DNA of 64,000 nucleotides from Alphaproteobacteria bacterium (GTDB lineage Bacteria; Pseudomonadota; Alphaproteobacteria; JAAXGF01): NCBI GenBank assembly GCA_965218865.1, contig CBDCME010000065.1, positions 1,156 to 65,155 of the forward strand, read 5' to 3'. Shown piece by piece: positions 63,623 to 64,000 of this stretch (position 1 is its first letter; each line of letters starts with the position of its first letter). The notes under the pieces were generated by a model. It saw only the letters and a program-made list of their open reading frames with translations, ran no database searches and was not told where the DNA came from. The position numbers and the translations under genes were made by a program.

Positions 63623-64000
63623 ATGGCGAGTTCATTCATTAGCCCGGGGCATCATTGCGATTTGTTGCTTTCTCCCCGTTCTCGGCAACGGCCAGGAAAG
63701 GCCAACGAATTTGTCGGACGGGCACAAGTTGGCTCGCATCTGCAAGAAATGTCATTCCTTCCGGCTCGGGGGACGCGATAAGTTCGGACCCAATCTGGCC
63801 CACCTTTTCGGCCGCCGGGCGGGCGAAATCGAAGGTTATCCGTATTCACTGGCCATGCGCGAACGCGGAATCGTTTGGGAATCCGAAACCCTCGACGCCT
63901 TCCTGACCGACCCGCAAGACTTCGTTCCCGGAACCGAGATGCCCTTCAAGGGCCTCGATTTTGCCGACGAACGCGCCGCTCTCATCGCCTACCTGAAGAT
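63623..64000 (+). CDS. cytochrome c2-like protein (partial; start out of frame)
   Basis: Not in the ORF track: CKKCH, KFGPNL, VPGTEMPF, LIAYLK; ATG at 63623 is one base out of frame. Confidence 0.8.

Overview
A GC-rich alphaproteobacterial chromosomal segment (Rhodospirillales-like gene order, by inference). Housekeeping blocks are rlmN-IalB-queF-TrmH-acetoacetyl-CoA ligase, prpE, xth-cysH-cysG-cysI, SAM-II riboswitch-metZ, dapF-mtaB-ftsY, VWA-DnaJ-galU-ugd and an ABC/deaminase operon. They are interleaved with a dense mobilome: four copies of one IS630, a second IS630 nested in an IS256, two IS5 copies, an IS3-like element with a 16-bp target duplication, an IS110 remnant inside an ORF-less group II intron, two IS1595 elements carrying cargo, a DUF4338-fused ISAs1, and MITEs. 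Many genes are broken (xth, HU, an LRR lipoprotein, an acylase, a cysteine hydrolase), which resembles early genome erosion in a host-associated bacterium. The most novel signal is a dispersed family of four small proteins that combine a signal peptide, an ArsR-like winged-helix core, one Cys at a fixed position in helix 1 and a C-terminal Cx5C motif. Also notable are an IS1595 carrying a surface metalloprotease, with cargo genes led by similar hairpin-RBS leaders, and a secreted protein ending in a Thaumarchaeota-type domain. All family calls are by eye, with no database searches. Homopolymer frameshifts may be sequencing errors.
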